A stretch of 57,600 nt of DNA, taken from the IMG/VR virus record IMGVR_UViG_3300044490_000059, positions 1-57,600 of that record; one strand, given 5' to 3'. A program made the position numbers and the translations under genes. Origin of the DNA: a virus. Taxonomy: Duplodnaviria; Caudoviricetes. The notes below the pieces were generated by a model that was not told where the DNA came from, searched no databases, and saw only the letters and a list, made by a program, of their open reading frames with translations. Of the stretch, positions 38,133 through 46,438 are shown piece after piece (within the stretch, counting starts at the first letter, position 1; each line of letters starts with the position of its first letter).

Positions 38133-38999
38133 ATGGCAACGAAGTGTGCGAGTCGCGGGTGCTTTGGCGTGGGGGTGACTGCTGCGGGCTTGTGCGAGGA
38201 TTGCTGGGAGCAATCTCCTGCATACCTCCAGCGCAGGTGCATGGACGACTATAGCGCTACGCCTCGTCTGTTGTCTCCTCGGAAAGTCCCTCATGCTGTT
38301 CTCAGCTACGAACTAGAGACCGAACCCCGTGAGGGTGCCAACTACCGCGAAGCGTTGGCGGTAGCCGTCCACGGGTGTGCGTGTCGGGATGGGAGCGTCT
38401 CGGGACCCGAGTACAAGATCTCGGGCACGTGCTGCGGTACTCACAGTGTCGGCTACAAGCTGGTGTCCGTCGCGGAGCGGGCCCGTGCGGTCGGCCTGCG
38501 GGTCAATCGCAAAACGGGTCTCCACGTTCACATGGATCGCCGGGAGACTTCTTGCGCTCGTCTGCGAGAGTTGGCGATCTGGTTGGTGCGCAGTCAAGAC
38601 CAGTTCGCGCGGGCCTGCCCGGCATCGCGCTGGGGCTCGCATTACGTGCAAGCCGTGTCGTCGCCTACTACGGTGATTGAGTATCTCCGTGAGGGCGTGC
38701 ACTGGGGTAGTGTCGGGCTGGACCAGCACTATCGGTGGTTCAACATCTCCCGTCGCCACACGACGGTGGAGTTCCGTTGGCACCCGGGCACCATGTCCGA
38801 GTGGAAGTTGCGCGGGTATCACGATTACATGACTCACCTTGCGCACTGGTTCCGCGCTGAAGACCAACGGGAATTTCCCGAGAGCATCTTGGACGTCTGC
38901 CCGAGAGACTCGTTGGGTCATGAGTACATGTCTGCCCGGATAAGTTCCGGGGGATCCCTGCGGCCCGGGCGTCGTTCACAGGAAACTGACGGGGAGTAA
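38133..38999 (+). CDS. putative amidoligase (COOH-NH2 ligase, Amidoligase_2)
   Basis: YELET, DGSV..PEY, TGLHVHMD, YRWFN, TVEFRWHPGT. Confidence 0.85.
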   Translation: MATKCASRGCFGVGVTAAGLCEDCWEQSPAYLQRRCMDDYSATPRLLSPRKVPHAVLSYELETEPREGANYREALAVAVHGCACRDGSVSGPEYKISGTCCGTHSVGYKLVSVAERARAVGLRVNRKTGLHVHMDRRETSCARLRELAIWLVRSQDQFARACPASRWGSHYVQAVSSPTTVIEYLREGVHWGSVGLDQHYRWFNISRRHTTVEFRWHPGTMSEWKLRGYHDYMTHLAHWFRAEDQREFPESILDVCPRDSLGHEYMSARISSGGSLRPGRRSQETDGE

Positions 39000-39002
39000 G
39001 CT

Positions 39003-39314
39003 ATGCTGCCTGATCTCGAACTAGCGCGGGAAGTTAAGGCACTGGGTCGGCTCATCCGGCCCGCATGGGTCGTCTCGCCGCGTGGCGTGGCGTTGGTGTT
39101 CGATCTGACGGGGCGGTCGGGCTGGGAGTGGTACGGCGACGATGTACGGGCGCTGCTGTCCGCATTGGGCCCGTTGCCGGTCTCCCTGGTGCGCGATGGT
39201 GGCAGGGTCTGCGGTCTGTCGGCCAAGTCTCTGCTCGGTGGTGATTTCGCCGGTCTGCGCTGGTTGTCTGCGCGGGAACCGGGGTGCGGTCTTTGGGTTT
39301 GTGTCGATCTGTAA
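39003..39314 (+). CDS. hypothetical protein
   Basis: GGGGAG RBS; lies between the ligase and GATase genes. Confidence 0.5.
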   Translation: MLPDLELAREVKALGRLIRPAWVVSPRGVALVFDLTGRSGWEWYGDDVRALLSALGPLPVSLVRDGGRVCGLSAKSLLGGDFAGLRWLSAREPGCGLWVCVDL

Positions 39315-39332
39315 CGGAAAGGTGGGTGTGGC

Positions 39333-40283
39333 ATGTGTCGTTTGGCGTTTCTTCCGGCGTCTCATGGGTTGTCTGCGAGCACGTTGGAATCGTTCTTTGC
39401 GGCGTTGGAAAGGTCCTGCGGTGGGCAGGGTATGGGGTTGAGTGCGCACGATCAGGAGGGCAACTGTGTTCACTTGTGCAAGGGCTTGCGGGTGAGTGCG
39501 AGGGGCAGCTCTAAGCGTGCGGTGGCGTGGGCTCGTGAGGGTTTGCACTGTCTGTTTCATACTCGGCTGGTCTCTGTCGGTCACCAGAGCGATGGGCAGT
39601 GTCATCCCTTTCACTGCTCTGGGCGCTTCACGGCGTGCACTGTGGCGCACAATGGAACGTGGCGCGAAGGCGAGATCGGCTCGCGCTTCATGCGTCTGCA
39701 AGGGTGGCAGGACTTGTCGGATAGCAAGCTGTTCGCGCTGCTGTATGCCGATTACGGGCCCTCCAGGATGCGGGAATTGCGTCTGTGGCCCGGTAGTGGC
39801 GTGTGGATGGTGATTACGGCGCTGAAAGGCAGATTCACGGTCTACCATGAGTCGGGAGACTTGAGGTATCACGCCGAGTCGGGCATCTACGCCTCGGAAT
39901 TTCCCGGCTCCTTCGGTGCTACGGTCAATGTCGGTCTCGGAAAGCATGGTCTCCTCAAGCCGCCTCGGTCGGTGCAAGCCGATCCCGTGTGGCGTTCTAC
40001 GGTCCAGGTGGGAACTTCCGCCTGGGCCACTGGCGTCTGCTGGGCTGCCGGGTGCAGCAAGCCTCGGATTGCGGGTGGCAGCTACTGTCAGGAGCATGCG
40101 AAGGAATCCGGCGGTCGGATGTGCATTCATCACCAGTGCACGCAACCCGCTGTGAGGTCGAATCCGGCGTACTGCGCGGCTCATGCGGTCGAGTGGTTGA
40201 AGTGCCGCGATGAGGACCTACCGCCCGAGTACAGGCTTCCCGAAGCCTACCGCGTGGCATGGTCTGATCGCACGGTGTACTAG
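39333..40283 (+). CDS. class II glutamine amidotransferase with C-terminal Cys/His Zn repeats
   Basis: N-terminal MCRL (Ntn Cys), FHTRL, CHPF, AHNG, SDS; C...GC...YC..H repeats. Confidence 0.85.
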   Translation: MCRLAFLPASHGLSASTLESFFAALERSCGGQGMGLSAHDQEGNCVHLCKGLRVSARGSSKRAVAWAREGLHCLFHTRLVSVGHQSDGQCHPFHCSGRFTACTVAHNGTWREGEIGSRFMRLQGWQDLSDSKLFALLYADYGPSRMRELRLWPGSGVWMVITALKGRFTVYHESGDLRYHAESGIYASEFPGSFGATVNVGLGKHGLLKPPRSVQADPVWRSTVQVGTSAWATGVCWAAGCSKPRIAGGSYCQEHAKESGGRMCIHHQCTQPAVRSNPAYCAAHAVEWLKCRDEDLPPEYRLPEAYRVAWSDRTVY

Positions 40284-40313
40284 GTCTGTCTGTCTGGAAA
40301 GGTGAGGTGAGGT

Positions 40314-40556
40314 ATGAAATCCGTTGATGTCATGGTGGCGCGGGGCGACGAGTTGGAGTTCTCCGGGGATATTCCCGAGTGGTGCGTGCCTGAAGCGTGG
40401 TATGTGGTCATCCGGCGTGCGCCTAGTGGTGCGTGGCGCGTCTGTCCGCTGACGGCTGAATCGCGGGATGATGCGCTGCTGATGTGGCCTCTGGCGATTG
40501 CCTTGTTCCAGGTGATGGAACGGAAGGAACGCCGCGCGGCCGCCGCTTGGAACTAG
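40314..40556 (+). CDS. hypothetical protein
   Basis: GAGGT RBS; followed by a terminator. Confidence 0.55.
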   Translation: MKSVDVMVARGDELEFSGDIPEWCVPEAWYVVIRRAPSGAWRVCPLTAESRDDALLMWPLAIALFQVMERKERRAAAAWN

Positions 40557-40585
40557 GCCCGTCTGTCTGGCAAGGTGGTCCTAGC

Positions 40586-40613
40586 AGGCCGGAGTAACTT
40601 CCGGCCTTTCTTT
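40586..40613 (+). terminator. intrinsic terminator
   Basis: AGGCCGGA/TCCGGCCT stem followed by TTCTTT. Confidence 0.7.
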
Positions 40614-41011
40614 ATGCGCGGTAGGTCGTAGGTGAGTGGAGACGTAGGAAGGAGAGGGAGGACAGGCAGCCCCCGCTCCCCTGCGTCTCGCTCTCTCTGC
40701 CGACCAGCTACCGAGCCCCCTCGTCCCTCGACCAGGACGGGAGGGGCCGGACGGGCAGTGGACGCTGCGGCCAGTCGCAGGGGTTCGGTAGTCCGGGGGG
40801 TCCCCAATGGGAATCCTGTTCCTCCGTTCCCCTCAATCCTGTTCCTCCCCTCTCCCTACATACTATGGACCCTCCTTCTCCCTCGGAGTACGGCCTCCCT
40901 CCGGTTACCATTACCCTCCCTACTACTAAGTACAGTCTCCATACACTCTCCTTACCTTATGAATTATTCCCGCATTATTTACCCCATGGTTTGATCTTTT
41001 ATTCTCTGGAG

Positions 41012-41038
41012 GGTAATAGGAGGTAATAGGAGGTAATA
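41012..41038 (+). repeat. tandem 10-bp repeat (GGTAATAGGA x2.7)
   Basis: Directly visible in an AT-richer intergenic region. Confidence 0.8.
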
Positions 41039-41095
41039 CATACCCCCGACCCCTACCCCCTTTCCTCCCTCCCAGTGGATCCCTCTACCCTCCCC

Positions 41096-41123
41096 TTGAC
41101 ATCCAGTACCCTCTAAGTAGAAT
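41096..41123 (+). promoter_or_regulatory. sigma70-like promoter
   Basis: TTGACA-16-TAGAAT. Confidence 0.7.
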
Positions 41124-41157
41124 ATCCATACACTTACTACCTCCCCTGGAGTCTCCC

Positions 41158-41700
41158 ATGTACGCCTACGTCATCTGTGGACCGGAATCCTCTGGCAACC
41201 GTTACCTCTACCGTCTCCTCTGCACCACTGGCCTCCACCCCTGCCATGGAGTCCCCCTCTCCTTTGCCACTACCACCTTCCTCGATCCCCCTGCCCCCTG
41301 TGTCGTAGTCCGTACTCTCCCCCATGCCGAGAGCTGGTCGAAGTTGGGGGAGACGGTGTACTACCTGCTCCAGCAGAAATACCAACCTTTCCTCCTCTTC
41401 CCTGTCCGTGACCCGCGCATCGTGGAACTCTCCCAGGTAGCCAATGGACATGTCCCCGACCACGCCACTGCCCGTGTTCACCTCCAACGAGCCTGGAATG
41501 TTTTCTTGGATGTCGTAGATGATGCCTACCGTCCTCTGGACTACCTGATCTTCCCCTACCAATCCCTCCAGTCCCCGGAGTTCCTGCTCTACCTCCGAGT
41601 CTACTGTTCCCTCCCCCAGATCCCCGACCTCCTCTCCTGTCCCTTCGAGGACGGGGACGCCAAGTACCATCCCACCTTCCCCGGGAGTACCACACCATGA
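41158..41700 (+). CDS. sulfotransferase-like P-loop protein
   Basis: ICGPESSGNRYLYRLL (5'-PSB-like), FPVRDP (3'-PB-like), YQSLQSP. Confidence 0.6.
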   Translation: MYAYVICGPESSGNRYLYRLLCTTGLHPCHGVPLSFATTTFLDPPAPCVVVRTLPHAESWSKLGETVYYLLQQKYQPFLLFPVRDPRIVELSQVANGHVPDHATARVHLQRAWNVFLDVVDDAYRPLDYLIFPYQSLQSPEFLLYLRVYCSLPQIPDLLSCPFEDGDAKYHPTFPGSTTP

Positions 41701-41972
41701 GAGGTCGCGTAGTCCACTGCCGACAGGAACCCTATGACGTTTACATCGGACGGCCCAGCAAATGGGGTAACCCCTTCCGTATCGGTCCCGATGGCAACCG
41801 TTCCGAGGTCCTCCACAAGTACGCTCTCTACCTCCTCCAGCAACCGGACCTCCTGGCAGCCCTCCCCGAACTGCGCGGGAAGGTCCTAGGTTGCTGGTGT
41901 GCCCCCCTCCCCTGCCATGGAGACATCCTCGTAGACTTCGCCCATCGTCGTCGAAAGAAGTGGATCTCTTGA
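41697..41972 (+). CDS. DUF4326 protein
   Basis: YIGRPSKWGNPF...LRGKVLGCWCAPLPCHGDIL. Confidence 0.9.
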   Translation: MRGRVVHCRQEPYDVYIGRPSKWGNPFRIGPDGNRSEVLHKYALYLLQQPDLLAALPELRGKVLGCWCAPLPCHGDILVDFAHRRRKKWIS

Positions 41973-41996
41973 CAGGAGTACACTCTCCCGTATAAT
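41969..41996 (+). promoter_or_regulatory. consensus sigma70 promoter
   Basis: TTGACA-16-TATAAT. Confidence 0.8.
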
Positions 41997-42028
41997 ACCC
42001 GTAGACCCCTACCCTGGAGACCTCCCTC

Positions 42029-43024
42029 ATGTCCCAGTTCCACCCTTACCGTACCGCCTTCGACTACGAACGCACCACCATCTCCCAGACCCCTGAGCTA
42101 GCCCACTGCACTCAGGAGCAGTATTACCAGACAGCCCTGGCCCTCTCCCTGGCAGCCCAGAAACCCACTTCCACTCCCCTGCACCCTGATCTCCAAGCCT
42201 GTGGTTCCCACCACTTCCAGTCCTACTACTATGCCGAATACCTCTGGCTCCATTCCCACCAACCCACCTACAAACTCTACCCCGATCTCTTCCTGGCCCT
42301 CCTCCACACTTCCCTGGACATCCCCTGCCCAGCCCTCCATGCCCCCTACCCCCAATTCGTCATCCAACTCCCCGTCCTCGACCATCCCCTCTGCCAGGAA
42401 TTTCCCGCGCTCCTCATCAACCACCTGGATACCTCGCTCCCCGACCATCCCCGTCTGATCGACGTTCGCTCTGACAAGTCCCACCCTGTCTGCGGACAGT
42501 TGAACATCTTCTGGCACCCTCTGGGCTCTGGTGAGTATTCCTTCTCCCTGCATCCCCTCTGCTCCGACCTGACCCTCCAGCAATCCCTGAAGGTCCGGGT
42601 GGCAGAATCCGGCCAGACCCACCCCTACCTCTACGACCTCTACCGCATCGTCATCAGCACCATGCTCTTCGCCATCCATCAGCATGAGCTGGTCCTGCCC
42701 GAAGTCCCCTACCCCACCATCCAGCGCCAGGGTCGAGGGTCCAGGATCCTCCAGGCGCAATCAGACGCGGCGCACGCTAAGAAAAACTATCGCTGGACGG
42801 TGGGCAAGGAGATTCACCTCCCCCGACCCTTGCGTGAATCCCTCTCAGGCGCTGCTGAGGGAAATCGCCACCTGAGCCATTCCCACCTCCGTTCCGGTCA
42901 CATGCGTCGTCAGGCCCATGGGCCCGGCTACTCCCAGCACAAGCTGATCTTCATTGCCCCTACTCTCGTCCGTGCTGACTTGGCTCCCTCCACTGCGCAG
43001 CGTACCTATGGCATCCACCAATAA
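42029..43024 (+). CDS. hypothetical protein with C-terminal HxRxGHxRxQ motif
   Basis: HLRSGHMRRQAHGPG...LIFIAPTLV. Confidence 0.7.
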   Translation: MSQFHPYRTAFDYERTTISQTPELAHCTQEQYYQTALALSLAAQKPTSTPLHPDLQACGSHHFQSYYYAEYLWLHSHQPTYKLYPDLFLALLHTSLDIPCPALHAPYPQFVIQLPVLDHPLCQEFPALLINHLDTSLPDHPRLIDVRSDKSHPVCGQLNIFWHPLGSGEYSFSLHPLCSDLTLQQSLKVRVAESGQTHPYLYDLYRIVISTMLFAIHQHELVLPEVPYPTIQRQGRGSRILQAQSDAAHAKKNYRWTVGKEIHLPRPLRESLSGAAEGNRHLSHSHLRSGHMRRQAHGPGYSQHKLIFIAPTLVRADLAPSTAQRTYGIHQ

Positions 43025-43048
43025 TTCCCACACTAAAAGGAGTGACCT

Positions 43049-43606
43049 ATGAGTCCCCACTTGGTTGTCTGTCCTCACTGTGGCCTATCCCAGTCCATCC
43101 ACAACCGGGATTGTGTCTCCTGTAACTGCCACTTAGGTCAGGCTAAGGCGCTGGAGGGCTATGCGCAGGTCTCCCCGGATCTGGGGCACCAACCCACCAT
43201 CCTCGAGGAGGCGCTGGAGATCCGACCCATCTCCGGTCCCTTTGGCCCTGCTACTCATATCCCCCAAGCCCTGGCACCCGACTGTCCAGCCTGTGATGCC
43301 GGGGGCTGTATGGCGGAAGAGATCGTCCATGCGGGGAAGGTTAACCCTCTCCCCCCCATACCTCCTCCCCCACCCATTGACCCCCAGGCTCCCCTGTCAC
43401 CCTATACCAGGAGCTATGCCACCTGTGTCTTCCCTACTCCGACAGTCTCCGTGCACCAGCCCCAGTACCGGCAGGAAGTCTACGGGAAGCTGATCTTCGC
43501 TATCGCCCGGATGATCGAACTGGATGCCCAGACCTCCACGGAACCCCTGTCGCTCCAGAAGGTGCCAGCGGGTTACCTGCTGGTTTACCGGGACACTAGC
43601 CCTTGA
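43049..43606 (+). CDS. hypothetical Zn-ribbon protein
   Basis: CPHC...CVSC and CPAC; AAGGAG RBS. Confidence 0.55.
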   Translation: MSPHLVVCPHCGLSQSIHNRDCVSCNCHLGQAKALEGYAQVSPDLGHQPTILEEALEIRPISGPFGPATHIPQALAPDCPACDAGGCMAEEIVHAGKVNPLPPIPPPPPIDPQAPLSPYTRSYATCVFPTPTVSVHQPQYRQEVYGKLIFAIARMIELDAQTSTEPLSLQKVPAGYLLVYRDTSP

Positions 43607-43630
43607 CACTGGATAGCGTCTGAGTATGCT
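43603..43630 (+). promoter_or_regulatory. sigma70-like promoter
   Basis: TTGACA-16-TATGCT. Confidence 0.6.
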
Positions 43631-43786
43631 ATGGGTATTGAACTACCTCGTATCGGAGTGAATACGGTGGTAATAATTCCTGGGAGCCGAGGGTTTGGGA
43701 GGGTTGACTCAGACCTCCCTCTCAAGCCAATGCGCCTCGGCTTCCAGGTCATTTTCTCCAGAGAAAGAGGTCGGTAGGAGGTTGTC

Positions 43787-44746
43787 ATGAACTTGCGAGT
43801 CCCTTTCACTTGGACGGAAACTACCCTCGCTAGTCCGGGAGCCCCCGGTAACCTGCATTCCTATGTGGTCCCAGGAGTGCCTCATCCCCTGTACGTTCGT
43901 CCTGAGACTACGGACCTGTACTCCTTGGCCCAAGTCTTCCGGTCTCAGATCTATGCCCAGTTAGCTCCTGGCAGTTTGCTGGACCTGTACGCCCAGACTC
44001 CCCTCCCGGGACCTCTCCACCCGGAGAACCCTTCCCTGGCCCATGACTGGCATCCCTGGTGGAACTACGGTCCCTGCCAGTCTTCTGAGTACCTACATCA
44101 ACAAGGCGGCTGCCCCGACCAAGCCTTTTCCTTCCAGAGAATCCTGGACTGTGGGGCCTATGTGGGCTTCAGCGCCATCTACCTGTCCCTGTTACACCCC
44201 CAGGCCCAGATCCTGTGCGTTGAACCGGACCCGGACAACTTTGTGGTCCTGGAACGGAATATCTGGCCTTACCGGAACATTACCGCTGTCAGGGGGGCTG
44301 TCTCCCAGTACCTAGGACGTGGTTCCCTGACGCGAATCAACCAGCAGGGACTGAAGAAGGGGTTCTGGGCCACTCGCTTCCTGCCCGATGCTCCCGGGGC
44401 CTTCCTGGCTGGGCCTGGAGAGCGCCAACGCGATGTTTCCGGCCCTGTCCCCTCTGAGTCCCCCTTCCGGCCCATGGGTAGGCCCTTGGAGATGTACCTG
44501 GATGGGGAGCATTGGTCGGATGTGGACTTGGTGAAACTGGACATCGAGGGTTCCGAAGCGGAAGTCCTGGGTGACCCTCAAGCCGGGCTCTGGCTTTCCC
44601 GAACCAAGGCGCTGGTCTTGGAGCTACACGAAGACCTGCGCCCCGGGACAACAGAGATTGCCCGGGGAGTCCTAGCGCATGATTTCCACATCTTCCCTCA
44701 TCAGGAAGGTGCGCTGTACTTACGAAAAACCGTGTGGGAGGAGTGA
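43787..44746 (+). CDS. FkbM family methyltransferase
   Basis: ILDCGAYVG, CVEPDPDN, LVKLDIEGSE, LELHE; AGGAGG RBS. Confidence 0.85.
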   Translation: MNLRVPFTWTETTLASPGAPGNLHSYVVPGVPHPLYVRPETTDLYSLAQVFRSQIYAQLAPGSLLDLYAQTPLPGPLHPENPSLAHDWHPWWNYGPCQSSEYLHQQGGCPDQAFSFQRILDCGAYVGFSAIYLSLLHPQAQILCVEPDPDNFVVLERNIWPYRNITAVRGAVSQYLGRGSLTRINQQGLKKGFWATRFLPDAPGAFLAGPGERQRDVSGPVPSESPFRPMGRPLEMYLDGEHWSDVDLVKLDIEGSEAEVLGDPQAGLWLSRTKALVLELHEDLRPGTTEIARGVLAHDFHIFPHQEGALYLRKTVWEE

Positions 44747-44749
44747 CTT

Positions 44750-45085
44750 ATGGACCTGCCAAAACTCGAAGATCTGATTCGGCAATCGACCGAGTACAAC
44801 GGCTTCACGCTCGACTACGTCCGTGTCGCGGACGCCCAGAAGCTGCTGGAGGAGTGCCAACGACTCCAGCGCATCGAGAAGATGTGCCAGGAGAAAACCG
44901 AACACATTGCCGACCAGTCGGAAGAAATCGAGCAACTGACAGAGGAGGTGGAAGCGTTACAGCTAGATCTCGCTGAAGCTCGTGAGGCAGCTCGGTGGTT
45001 GGCTTCGCGCGTGCCTGACGCTAATGCCCGTGACTGGGCACGTAGTCGTTGGCCTTGGCTAGGGGAGGAGCTGAAGCATGAGTGA
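44750..45085 (+). CDS. coiled-coil hypothetical protein
   Basis: GGAGGAG RBS; ELAEAREAAR-type coiled coil. Confidence 0.65.
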   Translation: MDLPKLEDLIRQSTEYNGFTLDYVRVADAQKLLEECQRLQRIEKMCQEKTEHIADQSEEIEQLTEEVEALQLDLAEAREAARWLASRVPDANARDWARSRWPWLGEELKHE

Positions 45086-45440
45086 GACATTGGTGATCCG
45101 CCTACGCCGTGCCAATGAGTTCATACGAGCCTTATGGGCTGGAGACCTACCGCCCGACAAAGACTCGGCTTGCGAACTCTGCGCCGAAGCCGCCACAGAA
45201 CTCGAACGACTCCAACGCATCGTCCGCGAACTACGCACCGCCTGGTTCGAACACCACCTGCGGTTCAACGCACCAGAACGCGAGTGGGAGGATGATCGGG
45301 ATTTGTCGCGGAGAATGATGCAAAACAACCATATCATGAAACGATTCAACGACCAGACCGAACGGATCCTCCAAGGAGAACAACTGAACCTGATACCAGA
45401 CTGCCTAGCGGATCTGTATGCCGGGGAGAAACGGAAATGA
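45078..45440 (+). CDS. hypothetical protein (EAATELERL motif)
   Basis: Overlapping start/stop chain. Confidence 0.65.
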   Translation: MSETLVIRLRRANEFIRALWAGDLPPDKDSACELCAEAATELERLQRIVRELRTAWFEHHLRFNAPEREWEDDRDLSRRMMQNNHIMKRFNDQTERILQGEQLNLIPDCLADLYAGEKRK

Positions 45441-45772
45441 GTGAGGCATCTGAAACACTAGGAGAAAGATTGCCGCTCGCGTTGGAACGGATTGGACGCT
45501 GGCTGGGAACCGCCGACCATTCCAAGATTCGAGAGTTCGCCGCTGACGTAATGTCTCTGCACGCTGCGGCGTCACAATATATCAAACTGACGATGGAAGC
45601 GGAGCGATTGCGGAAAGCGCTAGAACATTACGCCAACCACGATTTGTGGTGGAAACACAACTGTCAGCAGGCTGATGAACCATTCGACTGGTGGCAGGGT
45701 GAAAATGACGAAGACCACTCAGACGGCTGGCGAATTGCCGAGGAGGCGCTGAAACATGACGACGCTCATTAA
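45437..45772 (+). CDS. hypothetical protein (ERLRKALEHYA...GW..AEEALK)
   Basis: ATGA overlap; C-terminus resembles that of the next gene. Confidence 0.65.
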   Translation: MSEASETLGERLPLALERIGRWLGTADHSKIREFAADVMSLHAAASQYIKLTMEAERLRKALEHYANHDLWWKHNCQQADEPFDWWQGENDEDHSDGWRIAEEALKHDDAH

Positions 45773-46091
45773 CTCCGCCTGCCCTGTCTGCCTCAATTAC
45801 TGGTGGATGCCAGAATCGGAAACCGGGCAACCGTGCAAATGTTGCCGTGCGAGGATTGAACGACTCGCAGTCTATTCACACTTAAACGAGGATGTAAAGC
45901 GACTAACGGCGGAAGTGGAGCGACTGCGGACAGAATCTGACCGCTTCCGCGTGGTGCTGATGCACTACGCGGAACGCAACTATTGGGGCTACTCGGAGCC
46001 TCTGTCTCCCAACAAGATCGAGGACTTGTTCATACCGAGCAGGGCCACGGGTGAGCCGGGGTGGCAGAGGGCCGAGGAGGCGTTGAAATGA
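45756..46091 (+). CDS. hypothetical protein (Cys motif + HYA...GW..AEEALK)
   Basis: GAGGAGG RBS. Confidence 0.65.
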   Translation: MTTLINSACPVCLNYWWMPESETGQPCKCCRARIERLAVYSHLNEDVKRLTAEVERLRTESDRFRVVLMHYAERNYWGYSEPLSPNKIEDLFIPSRATGEPGWQRAEEALK

Positions 46092-46438
46092 ACCTGCCGG
46101 AACTAACGCCCACAGAACTCAAGGCGCTGGATTCGATTGACATGACTCCAGTGCTGGGTACGGTGGAAGAACAGTTGCAGGTAGCACATCGTGCTGCACT
46201 GCGGTTCTTCCGCGAGCGGAATGATTACCGGGCACGCCACGAGACTTCACTGGAGGTGATTCGCGCTCGTGAGCAGCATGTGGAAATCTTGCGACTGGAA
46301 GTGAAACGGTTGCGGAAAGCGTTACTGTGCCCACGCTGCAACGGCACCGGTATTACTTGGGATGGAACAAATCCATTTGTGAACATCGACTGCCCCGACT
46401 GTGAGGCAGCGCAGATTCGAAAGGAAGCACAGAAATGA
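46088..46438 (+). CDS. hypothetical protein with CPRCNGTG...CPDC Zn finger
   Basis: ATGA overlap; DnaJ-like CxxCxGxG. Confidence 0.65.
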   Translation: MNLPELTPTELKALDSIDMTPVLGTVEEQLQVAHRAALRFFRERNDYRARHETSLEVIRAREQHVEILRLEVKRLRKALLCPRCNGTGITWDGTNPFVNIDCPDCEAAQIRKEAQK

